A stretch of 64,000 bases of DNA from Tubiluchus corallicola (taxonomy: Eukaryota; Animalia; Priapulida): the NCBI GenBank assembly GCA_030141605.1, contig JAQGDQ010000439.1:62001-126000 (forward strand), in the 5' to 3' direction. This document shows positions 14,090 to 27,166 of the stretch, piece after piece. The notes beneath the pieces were generated by a model that did no database searches, was not told where the DNA came from, and was given only the letters and a program-made list of their open reading frames with translations. Within the stretch, counting starts at the first letter, position 1; every line of letters begins with the position of its first letter. A program made the position numbers and the translations under genes.

Positions 14090-14566
14090 GGCTGCTTACT
14101 TGTATTGTATCTTCATGTGTTTACAACGATTAGATATTGAAGGAAATCAGTTTAGATAACTCAGTTATGTATATTTTATAAAACGATGTTTTCGAATAGG
14201 CAAACTAGATTTGAGCAAACTTTTTGAACATGATAGTATAAAGATTGGGCTGGAGAAAAGTTTTTATCGTTATGTGGTTTTCTTGTTAACGGGTGGAGCT
14301 AGCGCTACTTTTGTTGTATAGCGAAATATGTAAGTAAAACATGTTATCGTCAATTACGAAATTATCATTTAACGAATTAAACGACACTACATCAAATAAC
14401 AAAGTCGGAAAGCTTAAAAGATGAGCAAATCATGGATGGAGAGGTTGGCGTCAAGTTTTTTTACATGTAGAAGTAACACAGTAAAAAACTAGGAAAAAAG
14501 TTTCCAGCTAAAGTAAGATGAAAAGCTTTGCTACGATGTGAAAATTAGGCTTAAAAATCAACCGAC

Positions 14567-14689
14567 CTTAGCTTGGAAATGTATTCCGTGTTTAAATGCT
14601 GCCTCATTGTGCAGTGGAATCCGCATGTCAAAGTAATCTTCTCTGACCATGTCATACTGCTGCTTCTTTGAATTGATTCTGATTGGCAT
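14567..14689 (-). CDS. NOS1AP: CAPON/NOS1AP-like PTB-domain adaptor, first coding exon
   Basis: MPIRINSKKQQYDMVREDYFDMRIPLHNEAAFKHGIHFQAK matches the CAPON N-terminus ([29 protein letters not shown]); GT donor after 14567; an in-frame alternative ATG lies at 14707; the rest of the gene probably lies left of the window. Confidence 0.92.
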
Positions 14690-14753
14690 TATTCCAAACA
14701 GTTTCATTAGACTTGCCGTAGAGTTATTAAAATTCAACTTGTACACTATAAAA

Positions 14754-14894
14754 CAACGTTAGAAACATATATTAACGTTAATGATACACGTTGATAATCA
14801 CAACGTTAGAAACATATATTAACGTTAATGATACACTTTGTAATCACAACGCTAGAAACATATATTAACGTTAATGATACACTTTGATAATCAC
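14754..14894. repeat. approximately 47-bp tandem repeat, 3 copies
   Basis: caacgttagaaacatatattaacgttaatgatacac(g/t)ttg(a)taatca occurs three times, next to the putative acceptor of the CAPON first coding exon. Confidence 0.9.
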
Positions 14895-15647
14895 AAAAAA
14901 GTAAAAATGTCGTAAAGCTCGACCCATATACTTTCTGTGAATTAGTAACTTTATAAAATGACTATTTTAATGATCATCACACAACTGTCTCCACAGAAAC
15001 AATAATATCTGTAAACAGTAACGCATAAATCAGTCTACCAAGACAATACTCACCCTTGAGTGGGTCATGTGATTGCTGATACTGAATGAGTGTACTATCG
15101 CCATGGTTCTCTGTTCTATATGCTTTTGTGCCGTGGGCTTCACTACTGAACAGTTGAACGCTCTTGTCAGCCGTTTTGCTCGTATGGTGCGACGCAAACG
15201 CAGATGGGATAATTATATTTAGACGCAGAGCGAAATAATCTGTTAGAATATTTTAATTAAGCAAACAAAATTAGTTGCGAACACACACAGTCTGCATGGC
15301 AGAAAATAAGTACTACTAACTGCCCAGGTGAGAACTATTTTGCTGTCAACTAAAATAATTAAAATATTATCTACGTCACACGTCAACAGTATCTCTTAAG
15401 CTGCCAAATTGTTAATATTAGGATCTTGCAAGTTAATAAAAAGTATGTAACAGGTTTTCAGACTGTGTGTGAGCGATGTTGAACAGTAATAGCAGCATTT
15501 TGAATGCTAGAGGCCATCCACAGCATTACTACAGCTACTAACTACAACTCGCTTTGATACGATATGATGAACATACCACGCCTCGGTCGGTTAAGTTAAT
15601 GAATGAAAGTTACATTTCCCAGTCACAAATGAGTTATGCTGATTCAA

Positions 15648-15713
15648 AGAAAGGAAGAGAGAGAGAGAGAGGGGAGAAAGAGAGATTGAGAAGAGAGACT
15701 GAGGAAGGAAGGA
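15648..15713. repeat. (GA)n-rich microsatellite
   Basis: Purine tract gaaaggaagagagagagagagaggggagaaagagagattgagaagagag. Confidence 0.85.
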
Positions 15714-17460
15714 ATGTGTCTAAGAGTCTTCTGTCAGTTATACTTTATTTCTATAAATCTTTATTGCCACAAAATAGAAGTCGTAACATTACAAAAGGCA
15801 TCCATCATTGTTAGTAGATGAATATACACTGTTGAAGGCAAATGCGTCAGTTCAGTGCGTCAAAGGATTATCCTTCTTGAGCAGAGATTTGGTCTCGCCA
15901 CGACAATCTACTTTGAACAGGTACCGCTTTTGAGGGCTGGATTTTATCTTGCAGAGCGTCGAACAAAATCATGTAATATCCTGACAATATTATAATTTAT
16001 CATGTTGCTGCTGCCATCTATTGTTGACTTTTATTATTAATGCTGTAATGTCATTAACTAGCCAAGTAAACTTCGTGCTGTAAAGATTTGTTTCGTTTCC
16101 AATTTACTCCATGAAGTAAAACAATAATTAATTTTATTTGATCTTCATTATATTTTCATGACTGTGATGATATAATCAAATGAAATGAAAACTAGTGGTT
16201 TTTTCTACTCAGACGTGTGCGAATAAAATCGCATATGAAATGGATGCAAACACCAGTTTAAAGTATACTCAAAGTAGCCTTTACGAACAGCAATGTCACA
16301 TCAACAAATTCATAAAAAATTCGCAATCATAATTTCTGAGAAAACAGAGCAATATGGCGATGAGGAAAAATGTCATACAACTACAGCTAGTTCACAAAAG
16401 GTCAAAATGCTAATGTATTGAAGAATATTAGGTGCTTAATTTTAAAAGACAGACTACTGTGTTTAGCTAAATGCCTACTGAATAAGCAACATACCTGTAA
16501 TTAAAAACTAAATCAAAACCAAAAAACGGCCTATGTACACACTACAGTATATATATACATATATGTATATGAAATAAAATTGAATTGATTAAAATTATGC
16601 GAAACATATCGGGTGTACATAGCCTAGCTGTTCGTTTCTACTTTGTGTTCTACAGTATTTCTTGTAGTTTTTATTTTTTTAAATTAATATATAATTGATT
16701 TAAAATAAATTCAATAAAAAATTTAAATCACTTTGCAAAGTTCTTTCTTTCGATAATTATTATATAGAACACATGACAAAGCATACCGAGTGAAATGTTG
16801 TGTAAATGTTTCCTTTGCAGCTATCCCCATCATTTTGACAGGATAGTTTTCCTGATTTTAGCATGTCCCATTATCAAATGCATGAAAGTTTTTCCTGTTG
16901 TTTGTATTTGCATCCTGTGTTTACATTTTTTCACTTAATGATGATCACTATGACTTTGTTGCAAGTTTTATATAGTTTTATATAGTTGCTAGATCACAAA
17001 GAAATAAACTGTTCACAAATTATTAATATTGTAGCAAGACGAACATCACAGAAAAATATGTATATACCTATTTGTACCAGGTCCAGGTCAACCTATACTT
17101 ATATAAAAACATGCTGTAATCTTGTATACAAACAGTTACATAAGGTTCGTGAGTAATTTTAAAGGAAGATCACATTTTGTTGCTTAACAAAAGTAATGAA
17201 TAAATAAATGTAATATAAAATACAGTAAGTACCCGAAGTAATGGTTAAATCATATTATAATCATAAAGGGATATTTCAACAGAAGTTTATTATTCAGCAT
17301 CAGCAGAAATCAGAACTCTGAAGATACAATGTCTAATGCAGCAGTTATAAAATCATCATGTCTAAAATATATGCTGCTAGAACAACAATAAAAGTCGAAT
17401 GACAATAACTAACAAGTTCGATGAACTTTTACTCAACAAAAACAAGTCTGTTGCAAACTT

Positions 17461-19428
17461 TTACCCATATTTAGCTTTTTCATTCTGCAAAGCAAGGCGA
17501 CGAATGTTGCTAACACAGCCAGCTGCTGCCTCTTGAAGTGCTTCATTACTTGAACCAATCATTTTGATCAGTAGTTTGACAATTCCATTCTCGTGCATCG
17601 TTATGCAATTGACCGGCTCCTTAGACAGCTGAAACAATGCATTGGCTGTTGCAATATGAACCTCCTCGTCTGTAGATTTGAGGTACTTTACCAGTGGCGC
17701 AACTGCAAAACAGTCACCAAAAGCACGCCGATTATTGCCCCACATGCAACAGCGTGCAATGGCGTCAGCCAGAGGTTTTCTCAGTTTATCGTCTTTTGTG
17801 TTTGTGAGTTTTGACAACAAGGGCACTACCCCATGATCTGTAACAACTGCAAGGTTTTCTTCATCTTTGGCAATTTTGCTAATAGCAGAACAAATGCTAG
17901 CCAATACGCCTACGTTTTTTGACTTCAGTAAGCTGACAACAAGCTCCAACCCACCAACAAAAGATCGAACCATTTCTCCAGCATCTTTTGCATTTTCAAG
18001 ACAGGGACAGATAGCCCACGCTGCAGAAGCCTGAACTTCTGGATTCTGGTTTTTCAACAATGACCAAAGTAGTCGCACTCCATCTAACCTATCTATAATA
18101 ACCATGTTTTCTGGATCGAGTGCGCAAGCTCCAACTGCCTTTGTGACATTACGCAAGAGTGCCTGGTTAGTTCCAGTAAGAAGATTGACCAAAGGCGAAA
18201 TACCTCCTGCTTTGCGGATAGTAGCACTGTTAGGTGGCAGCTGTGCACATTCTCCTATTGCACCAACTACATTTACTAGAACATCTTCCGGCTGATCATG
18301 CAAAAGTCCCACCAGCAGTTCAATAGCTCTCAAAGACTGCAGTTTCTTAACATTTTCTTGGCTAATTGAACACTTCCAAATTGCTCCAGTAACAGCTAAC
18401 AGCAAGTCTTTATTTTCAGAATTAGCTAGTAAACCCACTAGTGGTACAATGCCATTGTATTTCCGCACCAAATCACGAGTCTCTTCATCTTCTCCAGTCT
18501 TGAATATTGCTGAAGCAGACAGCGTTTGCAGTTCTTCATCGGAACTACTCAGATTTTTTACTAAATCTTCGATCATCCCTTCTTTTTTAATTGCCATTCT
18601 AAATGAAGTAGCTGATGCACATTCTTGCAGTATTCCCACAACAGGTATGAGCATGCTTTCATGTGGAGATTTCAGCAGTCGAGCTAGAATAGGAATTGCA
18701 CCAGTTTTTCTGATTGCTTTTTTATTCTTCTTGCTTTTGCTGCAACTCCACAATGCCAGTGCACCGCAACGAGCAACTTCTATGCTCTTAGCAGTTCTCT
18801 CTGCATCACCAACATGACGGGATGAAGCATCCATTAAGATAACTAGTTTTGCAATGCCGCCCTGTTTTCGGACAGTCTTTCTGGCTTGACGAAACTTACT
18901 AACATTAGCTATTGTTTCAGCAGCTAGACACTGAAGCTCTCTGTGTGGATCTTGCAAAATATTAACGAGAGTTTGCAAGCCTCCCAAATCAGCAATTGCC
19001 CGTCTTATGTAGTAATTCTTGGAAATTTCTTTCAAGATTTTCAAGGAGCCTATCTTGCATCTTATCTCTTCAGTTTCTAGTAAGTTAATTAGCACATCAA
19101 GGCCACCTACATCTCGAATAGCTAACTGGCATGATTCTTGGGATAAGTTAAAGTCCCGCATTGAGCAAAGAGCAATCACCGTAGCTGTTTGATTACCACA
19201 TTTCAAATACTTTACAAGCTTTTGAATTTGCCAGTATTCACTAGGAAGCTCTCCACTGTCTATCCGTTTGTCTAGAATATCATCTTCATCCTCGTTTGAT
19301 GAACTTGAACTAGTGCTTTCCTCTTGTGCAGCTTGTGTGGCTGTTTTGGAATACCGTGAGTGCAGCTTAGAGGGGCTTTTTATTTTTGCTTCTTTATGAC
19401 GAGAGTTGGGAGACAATGATGACTGCAT
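17461..19428 (-). CDS. ODAD2: Armadillo-repeat outer dynein arm docking complex subunit (ARMC4/ODAD2/gudu-like), single coding exon, 655 aa
   Basis: Contains [48 protein letters not shown] and [15 protein letters not shown], recalled as diagnostic ARMC4 sequence; acceptor AG at 19441-19440; AATAAA on the minus strand at 17291-17286. Confidence 0.96.
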   Translation of the reverse strand: MQSSLSPNSRHKEAKIKSPSKLHSRYSKTATQAAQEESTSSSSSNEDEDDILDKRIDSGELPSEYWQIQKLVKYLKCGNQTATVIALCSMRDFNLSQESCQLAIRDVGGLDVLINLLETEEIRCKIGSLKILKEISKNYYIRRAIADLGGLQTLVNILQDPHRELQCLAAETIANVSKFRQARKTVRKQGGIAKLVILMDASSRHVGDAERTAKSIEVARCGALALWSCSKSKKNKKAIRKTGAIPILARLLKSPHESMLIPVVGILQECASATSFRMAIKKEGMIEDLVKNLSSSDEELQTLSASAIFKTGEDEETRDLVRKYNGIVPLVGLLANSENKDLLLAVTGAIWKCSISQENVKKLQSLRAIELLVGLLHDQPEDVLVNVVGAIGECAQLPPNSATIRKAGGISPLVNLLTGTNQALLRNVTKAVGACALDPENMVIIDRLDGVRLLWSLLKNQNPEVQASAAWAICPCLENAKDAGEMVRSFVGGLELVVSLLKSKNVGVLASICSAISKIAKDEENLAVVTDHGVVPLLSKLTNTKDDKLRKPLADAIARCCMWGNNRRAFGDCFAVAPLVKYLKSTDEEVHIATANALFQLSKEPVNCITMHENGIVKLLIKMIGSSNEALQEAAAGCVSNIRRLALQNEKAKYG

Positions 19429-19794
19429 GGCTATTTGTCCTAAAAATAGTCAAGTTTATGACTGAATGACTAACTAGAACTGAATAAAAAAGTAATTAGT
19501 ATAAAACTAATACAATACTTCCATTTCAGTAATCAACTGCACAAATTTGTGAATCAAAATTTATAATCATGCACAGCTGATAAAGACAAAAAGATATTTG
19601 AAAAGATTTATGAACTAAACTGGCACATCGAAAATGTTTTCACATCACAATTAATATCTTCACATCAGAAATGAAGAGTACCGGACTCAGTGGCACAAAC
19701 TCAAGCTACATTACTTGCTGGTGCACATGACAGACTGTATATAATCTATATAAACAAATTGTAACTACACAAAAGATTAAACTGCTAGTGATTG

Positions 19795-20932
19795 ATAAAA
19801 CCAAGAATCCCCAGTGTTTTAAAGGTGTTGCAAAGTTACCAGTAGATTACCGTGCAAACTCTAATGCTTGGATGACAGCTGTAATGTTTAATGAATTGTT
19901 AGTGAGCTGTAGTGTTTAATGAATGGTTAGTGAAATAGGATGCGAGCTTAAAGCGAAACATCATTTTATTGGTAGACAACTGCACTGCCCATGTAATCCT
20001 TATTTAAAGTCTGCTTTTGGGTCAACAATTAACATTAGCTCAAAGAGCTATTATCGTCGACTGTAAATAACAAACTACAACTACATAACAGAGACTATTA
20101 TTACCCCACTTTTACCCTAAATACCACGCGTCAGGCAGGGCAACAGCGGTACCATTTTTAAAGTCTTTGGTATGACCCAGCCGCTGGTTCGAACTCACGA
20201 CCTCCCAGACGGAAAGCAGACGCATTACCACTAGACAAAGCCGTCTGGTTTACCATTAGACTAAGCCATCTGGTAACGAAATTCCTACTAGTTTACAAGA
20301 GATAGGCCCATCTCCGTCTGCACCATCTGGTATGAACAGCAGCTAATTTGGTACCTGGGTGGAAATTGATTCGTCCATTCAAGTTACAGCACAAATAACT
20401 GATGATGAAATCATCACTATAGCAAGCTGGAGCCAAGACGAACCTACAGAGGGTGACAAAACCACTGGCGAGGAAACAAGGGCACTGCCAACTGCAGCTC
20501 AAGCACGTCAGGCACTAAATGTTTTACGAGAGTACATGTATGACACAGCAACAAATTTTCAACACTTTTATAATTATGAGAACTTTATAAGCCAATTTCT
20601 TCGCGAGAAGATCAAGCAGCCGACTTTGAAGGAATTTTTGTAATTTTTGCAAATAAACAGACTTGTGTGATTTAGAAAGTATTCTTTTTTATTATTAAGT
20701 CATTTACATAAAATAATATTTTAAAATATTTTTTGAAATTTTTAACTGCACAAAAGTATTTAGGCATTACTTCGTTTCTAAAGCTCATTATAAAAGCCTT
20801 TGCAGTGCATACTAAGCTGATGATTCATACATCTATTCTAGTAATACTACACCTGTCAGTTAATAGGTTCAATCGGTTAATTGGGTCAAAACAGTTCTGT
20901 CCCAAAGTGAGTCTATTAAGCGGCAACTACTG
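19795..20932 (+). mobile_element. decayed Tigger/pogo DNA transposon
   Basis: KNPQCFKGVAKLPVDYRANSNAWMTAVMFNE and ILLVDNCTAH (DDE_1 domain) at about 19800-19992; Tigger-type C-terminus ITDDEII...PTAAQARQALNVLREYM...KQPTLKEFL* at 20359-20643; terminus-like ...ACTG at 20932. Confidence 0.85.
20095..20240 (-). mobile_element. tRNA-derived SINE inserted in the Tigger relic
   Basis: Reverse-strand A-box/B-box-like head (ggttcgaactcacgacctccc...accactagac on plus) and body containing agtctttggtatgaccc. Confidence 0.7.
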
Positions 20933-21775
20933 CACATATAACGCTGTGGGCTTGAGCTCAGATACAATTTCCAAATAAAATTTCCGAAAGTAATTATACT
21001 AATTAAGTAAATACGTAGCAAGATAAATTAATTCACAAAAAATGGCAGTTCCGTCTTGCTATAAAAAAAACATTATTGAAAAACCTTTGAAATGAAAATG
21101 TGCTGTACAGGGCAATATGCTACTAGTCATGTAAGTTACGTAACTAAGTAAGTTATCAGTATAACCTGATATGTGTTAAATCTGTAAGACTGACAAATAA
21201 TTGAAGTGTGACACAACTAAAATTCGCTTTTCACCTAGACAATTTGATTGCTTGCATATCACTCATATGTGCTAGCACTATGGCTGTGTCAACACTCCCC
21301 TCTGTCAAATTGAACATATCCTACTTGTGACGTAGGCATCCTACTATTAATGTTAGCCTCTACCTAACCTGAGCTTCGGATTCCTGTTTTTGTCAGTTAT
21401 AACATTACCATAAGCTGATGAGTCTGTTGATGTGAAACTTCTTTGTTGATTTGGCTAAATCTGTGCAGTTCTAGTGTTTTCCGCCAGTGACTTTACACAT
21501 ATTTTCTACTTGCAGTTTTTTAATTTTATGCTTTAAAATGCATGCCCCAAGAAATATTTCAGTAAAATTTTGAAACCTCCCACCTGCAAAAATTTTACCA
21601 AAACTAAAATCTGCTAAAAAGTAACATCATTACGTAAATAATCATTTTAATTTCATATTTCCAATTTCCTCCCTTTAACCGATTATGTAGACCTATTATT
21701 GCACATTCAATAACTGTGTTGCTTAACGAAAGCGGCTCTCCTAAAGAATAATTATTTTCTATAATTAAAACTTAC

Positions 21776-21860
21776 AATAAGACGTAAAGCATGCACTTTT
21801 AAGCATTAATAATTATTTTAACACTGCTAACGTTTACGACTTTGTTTGGTTGCTAATGAC
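21776..21860 (-). promoter_or_regulatory. candidate ODAD2 non-coding first exon with an RFX X-box-like motif
   Basis: GTAAGT donor on minus at 21775-21770; GTTGCTAATGAC at 21849-21860 contains a GTTGCYA RFX half-site; RFX regulation is typical of ciliary genes. Confidence 0.4.
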
Positions 21861-22899
21861 GCCGCTCGCAAAATCTCAAACATAGTTCGCACAGCTGTTT
21901 TGCAGTTAATTCAAATAAGTTTAACCGGTACGTGCTGAGTCCCATGAGGTGGTAACTGCCACTGACTTTTGAGTTGTGACATTAAATGTTTTGTAAGGTG
22001 CAAATATGAATATGTGCGCAATATTGTGATTCTGATAAAGACTGAACCTTAATAAAGTGAAATTACAATTTAGAGGTGTGGTTTTTGGTCGCCAATTCGC
22101 CCTAGTTGCTTCTTCATCTTCACTTCGATCGAGGATTACTTTTGTCAAGTTACGAGTTCCGCACGTATCACACTATAAATTTAAGTTTTAATCGTGAGAT
22201 GTCACCACGTATGGCGCATGGTCAAACTGTGTTGTTGTGGAGTGTGTGATTAATTGAAAGATTTTGTTGATAACTGTATTTTCTTTATTTTTTAATTTTA
22301 TAGATATATTGTAAATTATTCTATGTAACATTTTAATTTATTCTTTTCTATTTTTCATTTCATTAAATACCAGTCCTGTAATCTTATTCCTTTTTCAAGT
22401 AATGGAGATGTATAGGGCTGTAACGATACACCTAAGTCACGATACGATACGTATTAGTTACGATACACATTGAGTTAACGTTTGCAGGCTTTAATAAAAG
22501 ACTAGATTAAGCTGTTGATATATTATATGTATATATATCAAATTAATCAAACAATTTTATAGTTGATAAGTGCTAAAATAATCCAGCAAACTGTTTTTAT
22601 TTCTGTTTCTACTTTTCTATTATTTACATTGTAAGCCACCAGAAATGCAAAACATTTCAATACTTTTTGATTTAAAATATACTGGTGCATTATCTAGTTC
22701 ACGCTTGATGCAAGCCGTTTCAGAACTTATAAGCAAAAACGTAACTAGCATACTATAGATTTTTATAAACACAATTGCACTTTCGACTGCTTAGCTTTGG
22801 CTGCTAGCAGCAGGTCTACCTGTGCCAAGCTGCCTATGTAGCATATGCTGCACTCACTGCACTGTTGTTGCGCTATAGCTGTAGCTTGAATTATTGCAC

Positions 22900-23430
22900 A
22901 CTGCTTTATCAGCGGCAGTCTAGCTTGTGATATCAATGATTCTGGTCTCTGATGTTGTAGCTGATTCTGCATCTCCTCTTGAGCAACGCCATGATACTAT
23001 AGATCTTATTAACTGTTATAAAGTCATTAGTGATAGTTCTATTTTCCCTAGCGACAATTTTTTTTCTAGACCACAACGTGATTTATGTGAACACAACTTT
23101 AAATTATTTGTACAATACTCTCGCACTAATATCAGAGCCCATTTCTTCTCGTATTGTGGGCCCTTGGAATTCACTTAATAGTGAAACAGTTGATGCATCA
23201 AATCTGCCTCAATTTTACAAATTGTTGATTAGAGGCCGTCAATAACCGACTTATGATTAGGTCTCTTAGACCTCCAGTTCCTATTCGTTCCATAGCCAGT
23301 AGGTCCAGTTTTTGCTTCTTAGTAGTATTTAGTGCTAGATGTAGTGACATGCCAAAATGCATTTATAATAATTTGTATTTCTGGCACTATAATTTATAAT
23401 GTAACCAAAATAAAGTAATATTCTATTCTG
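22900..23430 (+). mobile_element. CR1/L2-like LINE 3' fragment
   Basis: Frameshifted LEQRHDTIDLINCYKVI...HNFKLFVQYSRTNIRAHFFS/RIVGPWNSL, then AATAAA and an attct tail at about 23410-23430. Confidence 0.8.
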
Positions 23431-25017
23431 TAGTGTTTAAAACTATTTACATTACTTGCTCTCACTAATGATTCCAGTGGCATTCTTGCACACACTCATT
23501 GAAGGAACCTCTTATAAAAAACTAACACTGTAGAACTGATTCAAACAAACTAAATAATTACATAAATATAATTTTGAATTTATAATAATATAAATTTATA
23601 AATCTAGTATGGCAAGAAAGATCATTCATTTTAAACAAAGTCATTTCCGCAATGCATTAGAATGCATCAAGTTTCCGAAACTTCAAAAAGTTTCAGCACC
23701 TGAGTTTCATGTAGCTGTCTGATCTTTAACTGGAGCATCTTTTGTAAGTTGTGACAATGTATGGATGTCCCTAATAGATTGCTGTATTAGAAAAATGGCA
23801 GATTTTTTATTCTTGGGTGCCACCGAGCTGAAGCTTAACCGAATGATTGGTTGTACTGCCAAACCGAATTCTGAATAAAATATCAAGTTAAATTGGTATA
23901 CCGGACCAAAGTATAACCAAATTTTTTACGAGACTGAACCAAATTTTCTTGTAAATTCAATTCAGATGAATTAAAACCTCTGTAATCGCCTATCCTTTTA
24001 AGTTAATTGTGACTGATGATCTGTACAAAATTGCTCTGATTACCAAATCTGTTTTTGTATTTAATGGTTAATGTTATGTAGTAATGTATTAAGTATTTTG
24101 AAACCGCCCTAATTGCTTCAAAAGTTGTTAGAGCTATTTTGCATAATCAGTAAAAGCCATATTCAAATAAAACACCAGTAGTATAATCTTTTACTATCTC
24201 GTGTTCTCTTTGTATAAATGAATACTGCACTGTCATGCTATTGCGCATTGACATGACTTGTATACCGACGGTGCATCTCATCCTTCGAGTTATCATACAG
24301 AAACAGAAAGCAAAATATCGTCCGTTGTGCGTGTCTGCTGTTTAGTATCTCCTCTTTTCAGATAGATATTTATAAGCATAATAGGGAAATATTTGGTTTG
24401 TTTAATATAATTTTCACTGAATTTGAGAATTATTGAAAATGTAACTCGATATGCCGAAGGTTCAACGAACCTTTGGTGATTACATCGGAAGCTTACAAGA
24501 CCAGATTTTTATACCGATATTTAGGGAAAAAAAATCGGTGATCCGCATATTCGGTGCATGTGTAGGTGATAAGCAGAATTTGTCTGGTGGTATGACAAAG
24601 AAGTGACGCAAGACTTGCAAAACAGTAAGGAGAAAGTGATGAACTTAACCACGTTTTGACATGACAAGAAAGCCTTTTGAAGTCCTTACTAAATGGTACA
24701 TACTTATTATATTGGGATAAAATAGTCAGCCTTGGTTGGGTAAGAATGAACAATGCGAATGTTTAAAACAGGCAAGAATAGAAAAATTTCACATATATAC
24801 AGAGTGCCTTAAATTATGAAATAGTTTTATTATATAAAAAAAATGCAAAGTAACTTGTAAGTTTCACATGCTGTTAGTCAAGCTACCAAAGCAAGTTCTC
24901 ATATGTTACCTAAAAGTATCAAAAGTAATAAGCGGGCAGAAAAATTGTTTATAGGATTTCTGGTCAGTTTTGCTAGCTATTTTTTGTTGCACTTTCAGAT
25001 TTTGTTGAAGTGGATGT

Positions 25018-25950
25018 ATGCTTCCTTTGGAAGCTAATGTAATGGGTACAGCTTTAAGTGTGTTTGGCTTTGGGATCGATGCTTTGACTTTGGAAAGACA
25101 GTCATTGATTGAAGCTTGTCAGGTGGAAGATGTCGACACTGTCAGAGTACACTTAGAAAAAGGGGTTAGTGCATTAACAACTGATAGTGATGGTGAAAGT
25201 TTGCTTTTCCTGGCCATCAGTGCAAACAATGATTCAGCTGCCTTAGAAATGACTCGGTTACTGTTGCACTATGGTGCTGATTCATCATCAGTCGTGTCGG
25301 ATCGGAACACTTGCTTACATATGGCTTGCAGTATGAGACGTGGCAGGATTGTTAAAGAACTGTTGAAATATAATGTTTCTCTGGATGCAAGAAACTACTC
25401 GGGTGAAACAGCACTTATAATTTGTGTTACAGCATTTGATTTGGATAGTACCCAGCTATTACTTGAACATGGAGCTGAAGTGAATAAGCCCGATTATTCT
25501 GGACTCACTCCACTACATTGCGCTTGCCGGATGCGTGGAAATGTGCATGTAGTAAACTTGCTCTTGCGGCATGGTGCATCAGTGAACAAAGCAGATGAAC
25601 GTGGTTGGTCAGCTTTGCATGTGGCTGCCCAAACACCAGATACTGAAATTCTATGTATGCTTTTAGCTCACAATGCTTTCCCTGACCTTGCTGCAGTGGA
25701 TGGTCAGACTCCATTGCATCGAGCTTGCACGCTTGGTTACCAGAAGAATGCTCGAATTTTATTGGAAAATGATGCAGATACAGATGTTACAGACATTACT
25801 GGACTGACTCCACTGCACAGAGCGGCAAGTGGTGGGCATGTGGAAACTGTAGAAATTTTAATCAAACACGGCGCATACGTTGATTCAATTGATGCCCGCT
25901 CATGGACAGCACTACATAGAGCATGTGCAGCAAAGGACAGCAATATAGAG
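25018..25950 (+). CDS. ankyrin-repeat protein with FEM-1-type C-terminal BC/VHL box, coding exon 1
   Basis: About 9 ankyrin repeats (GLTPLHCAC, GWSALHVAA, GQTPLHRAC, GLTPLHRAA); 933 nt; phase-0 GT donor at 25951; acceptor ttcag just upstream of the ATG. Confidence 0.92.
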
Positions 25951-27166
25951 GTTTGTCCTTAGGCATCAAAAATTTATGTTTATAGATTTTGTTGCTGTTT
26001 TTATCATAGATATTTTTATATATTTTTATTTGCAGGTATACTATGGATAGTATATATAAACTATAACTTCGGTTTAAATGTCTTTGAAATTTGTAGGTTT
26101 ACTATCTGTGTATAGTACTGCTGCAGTTGTAGTTTTAAAAGAAAAAGTGAAAAACAAATGGAACAGTCCAAAACATAAAATCTGCATTTGCTATACTTGC
26201 AAAGTTTAAATAATTCTCTGTATTATAAACGAGTGACCATGAATATGGTAATGGTTCCCATTAGCAGATTATGTATTTTTGTATGCAACACCTCGGCAAT
26301 AAATTATTAAATGTTAAGTTTCTAAGTAAATTAAATAATTTTTGCAAAGGGTGTTGTTTTATCATAAACTGGGCATTCTAAAGCTTAATTAGCTCATGCA
26401 TGTGTGTAGGAGGCAGACCTACCCACCATTTTGAAAACCTGCCAAAAATTATGGATGATATTTTTCTGTTTCTTTTAACATCCTGGGAAGAGTAATACTT
26501 TGTCCACGTAACACTCTGCCTACACAATTCTCATTTACACAATATTATCCTGATGCAGAAAATGCTGGTTTGCATACCACCTAGCATAAACATGGTCGGA
26601 TGTTACAGTGATGTTAAAAGTTTGCCGTTCTCAGCCATGCACATGCCCTAGAATATTCAGTTTATACTGTGTTTAATGTTTAGGTAAAAGTTTGCTGCAT
26701 AATATTTCTTAAGTCGTAATTTTAATGTCCTTTCAATAATTTTAGGCTGTTGCATAAAATAAATGCAGTAGGTACTTTCCCTATTTAAACCATTGCATTT
26801 TTCCAAGATGACCATTATTATAACATCCTGTGTTAATTAGTTTTTAACGAAACAGTCATTAAATTGCCAACTATAATTCATTACTTCGCAGATAATTTTT
26901 TCAATTATTTTTAAGTTGTGGCATGGACCTATTTAACCGTAGCTGATTTATTTGATTTTGCTTGAGTCTTATATACATATTGCTACATAAAATTATGGAA
27001 AATTTTGTTGGCAGAAAACAGCGGTGTTGGATACAAAAATACTGTTAAAGGGCACTACAAATATACTATAATTCTGCTGATTGCGAACAGTAGTGTGTAA
27101 TCGACATAAAAGTTAACGTTGTATGAGTATTAATGTTGTACATTGTGTTTTTTTATTTTGTTAAAG

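Noticed and set aside
17593-18817. Plus-strand ORFs of 63-122 aa
   Set aside because: They are antisense shadows of the ODAD2 coding sequence with no recognisable motifs.
21414-21442. CTGATGAG...GAAAC as a hammerhead ribozyme
   Set aside because: Stem II is weak and mis-spaced, and I see no convincing helices I or III.
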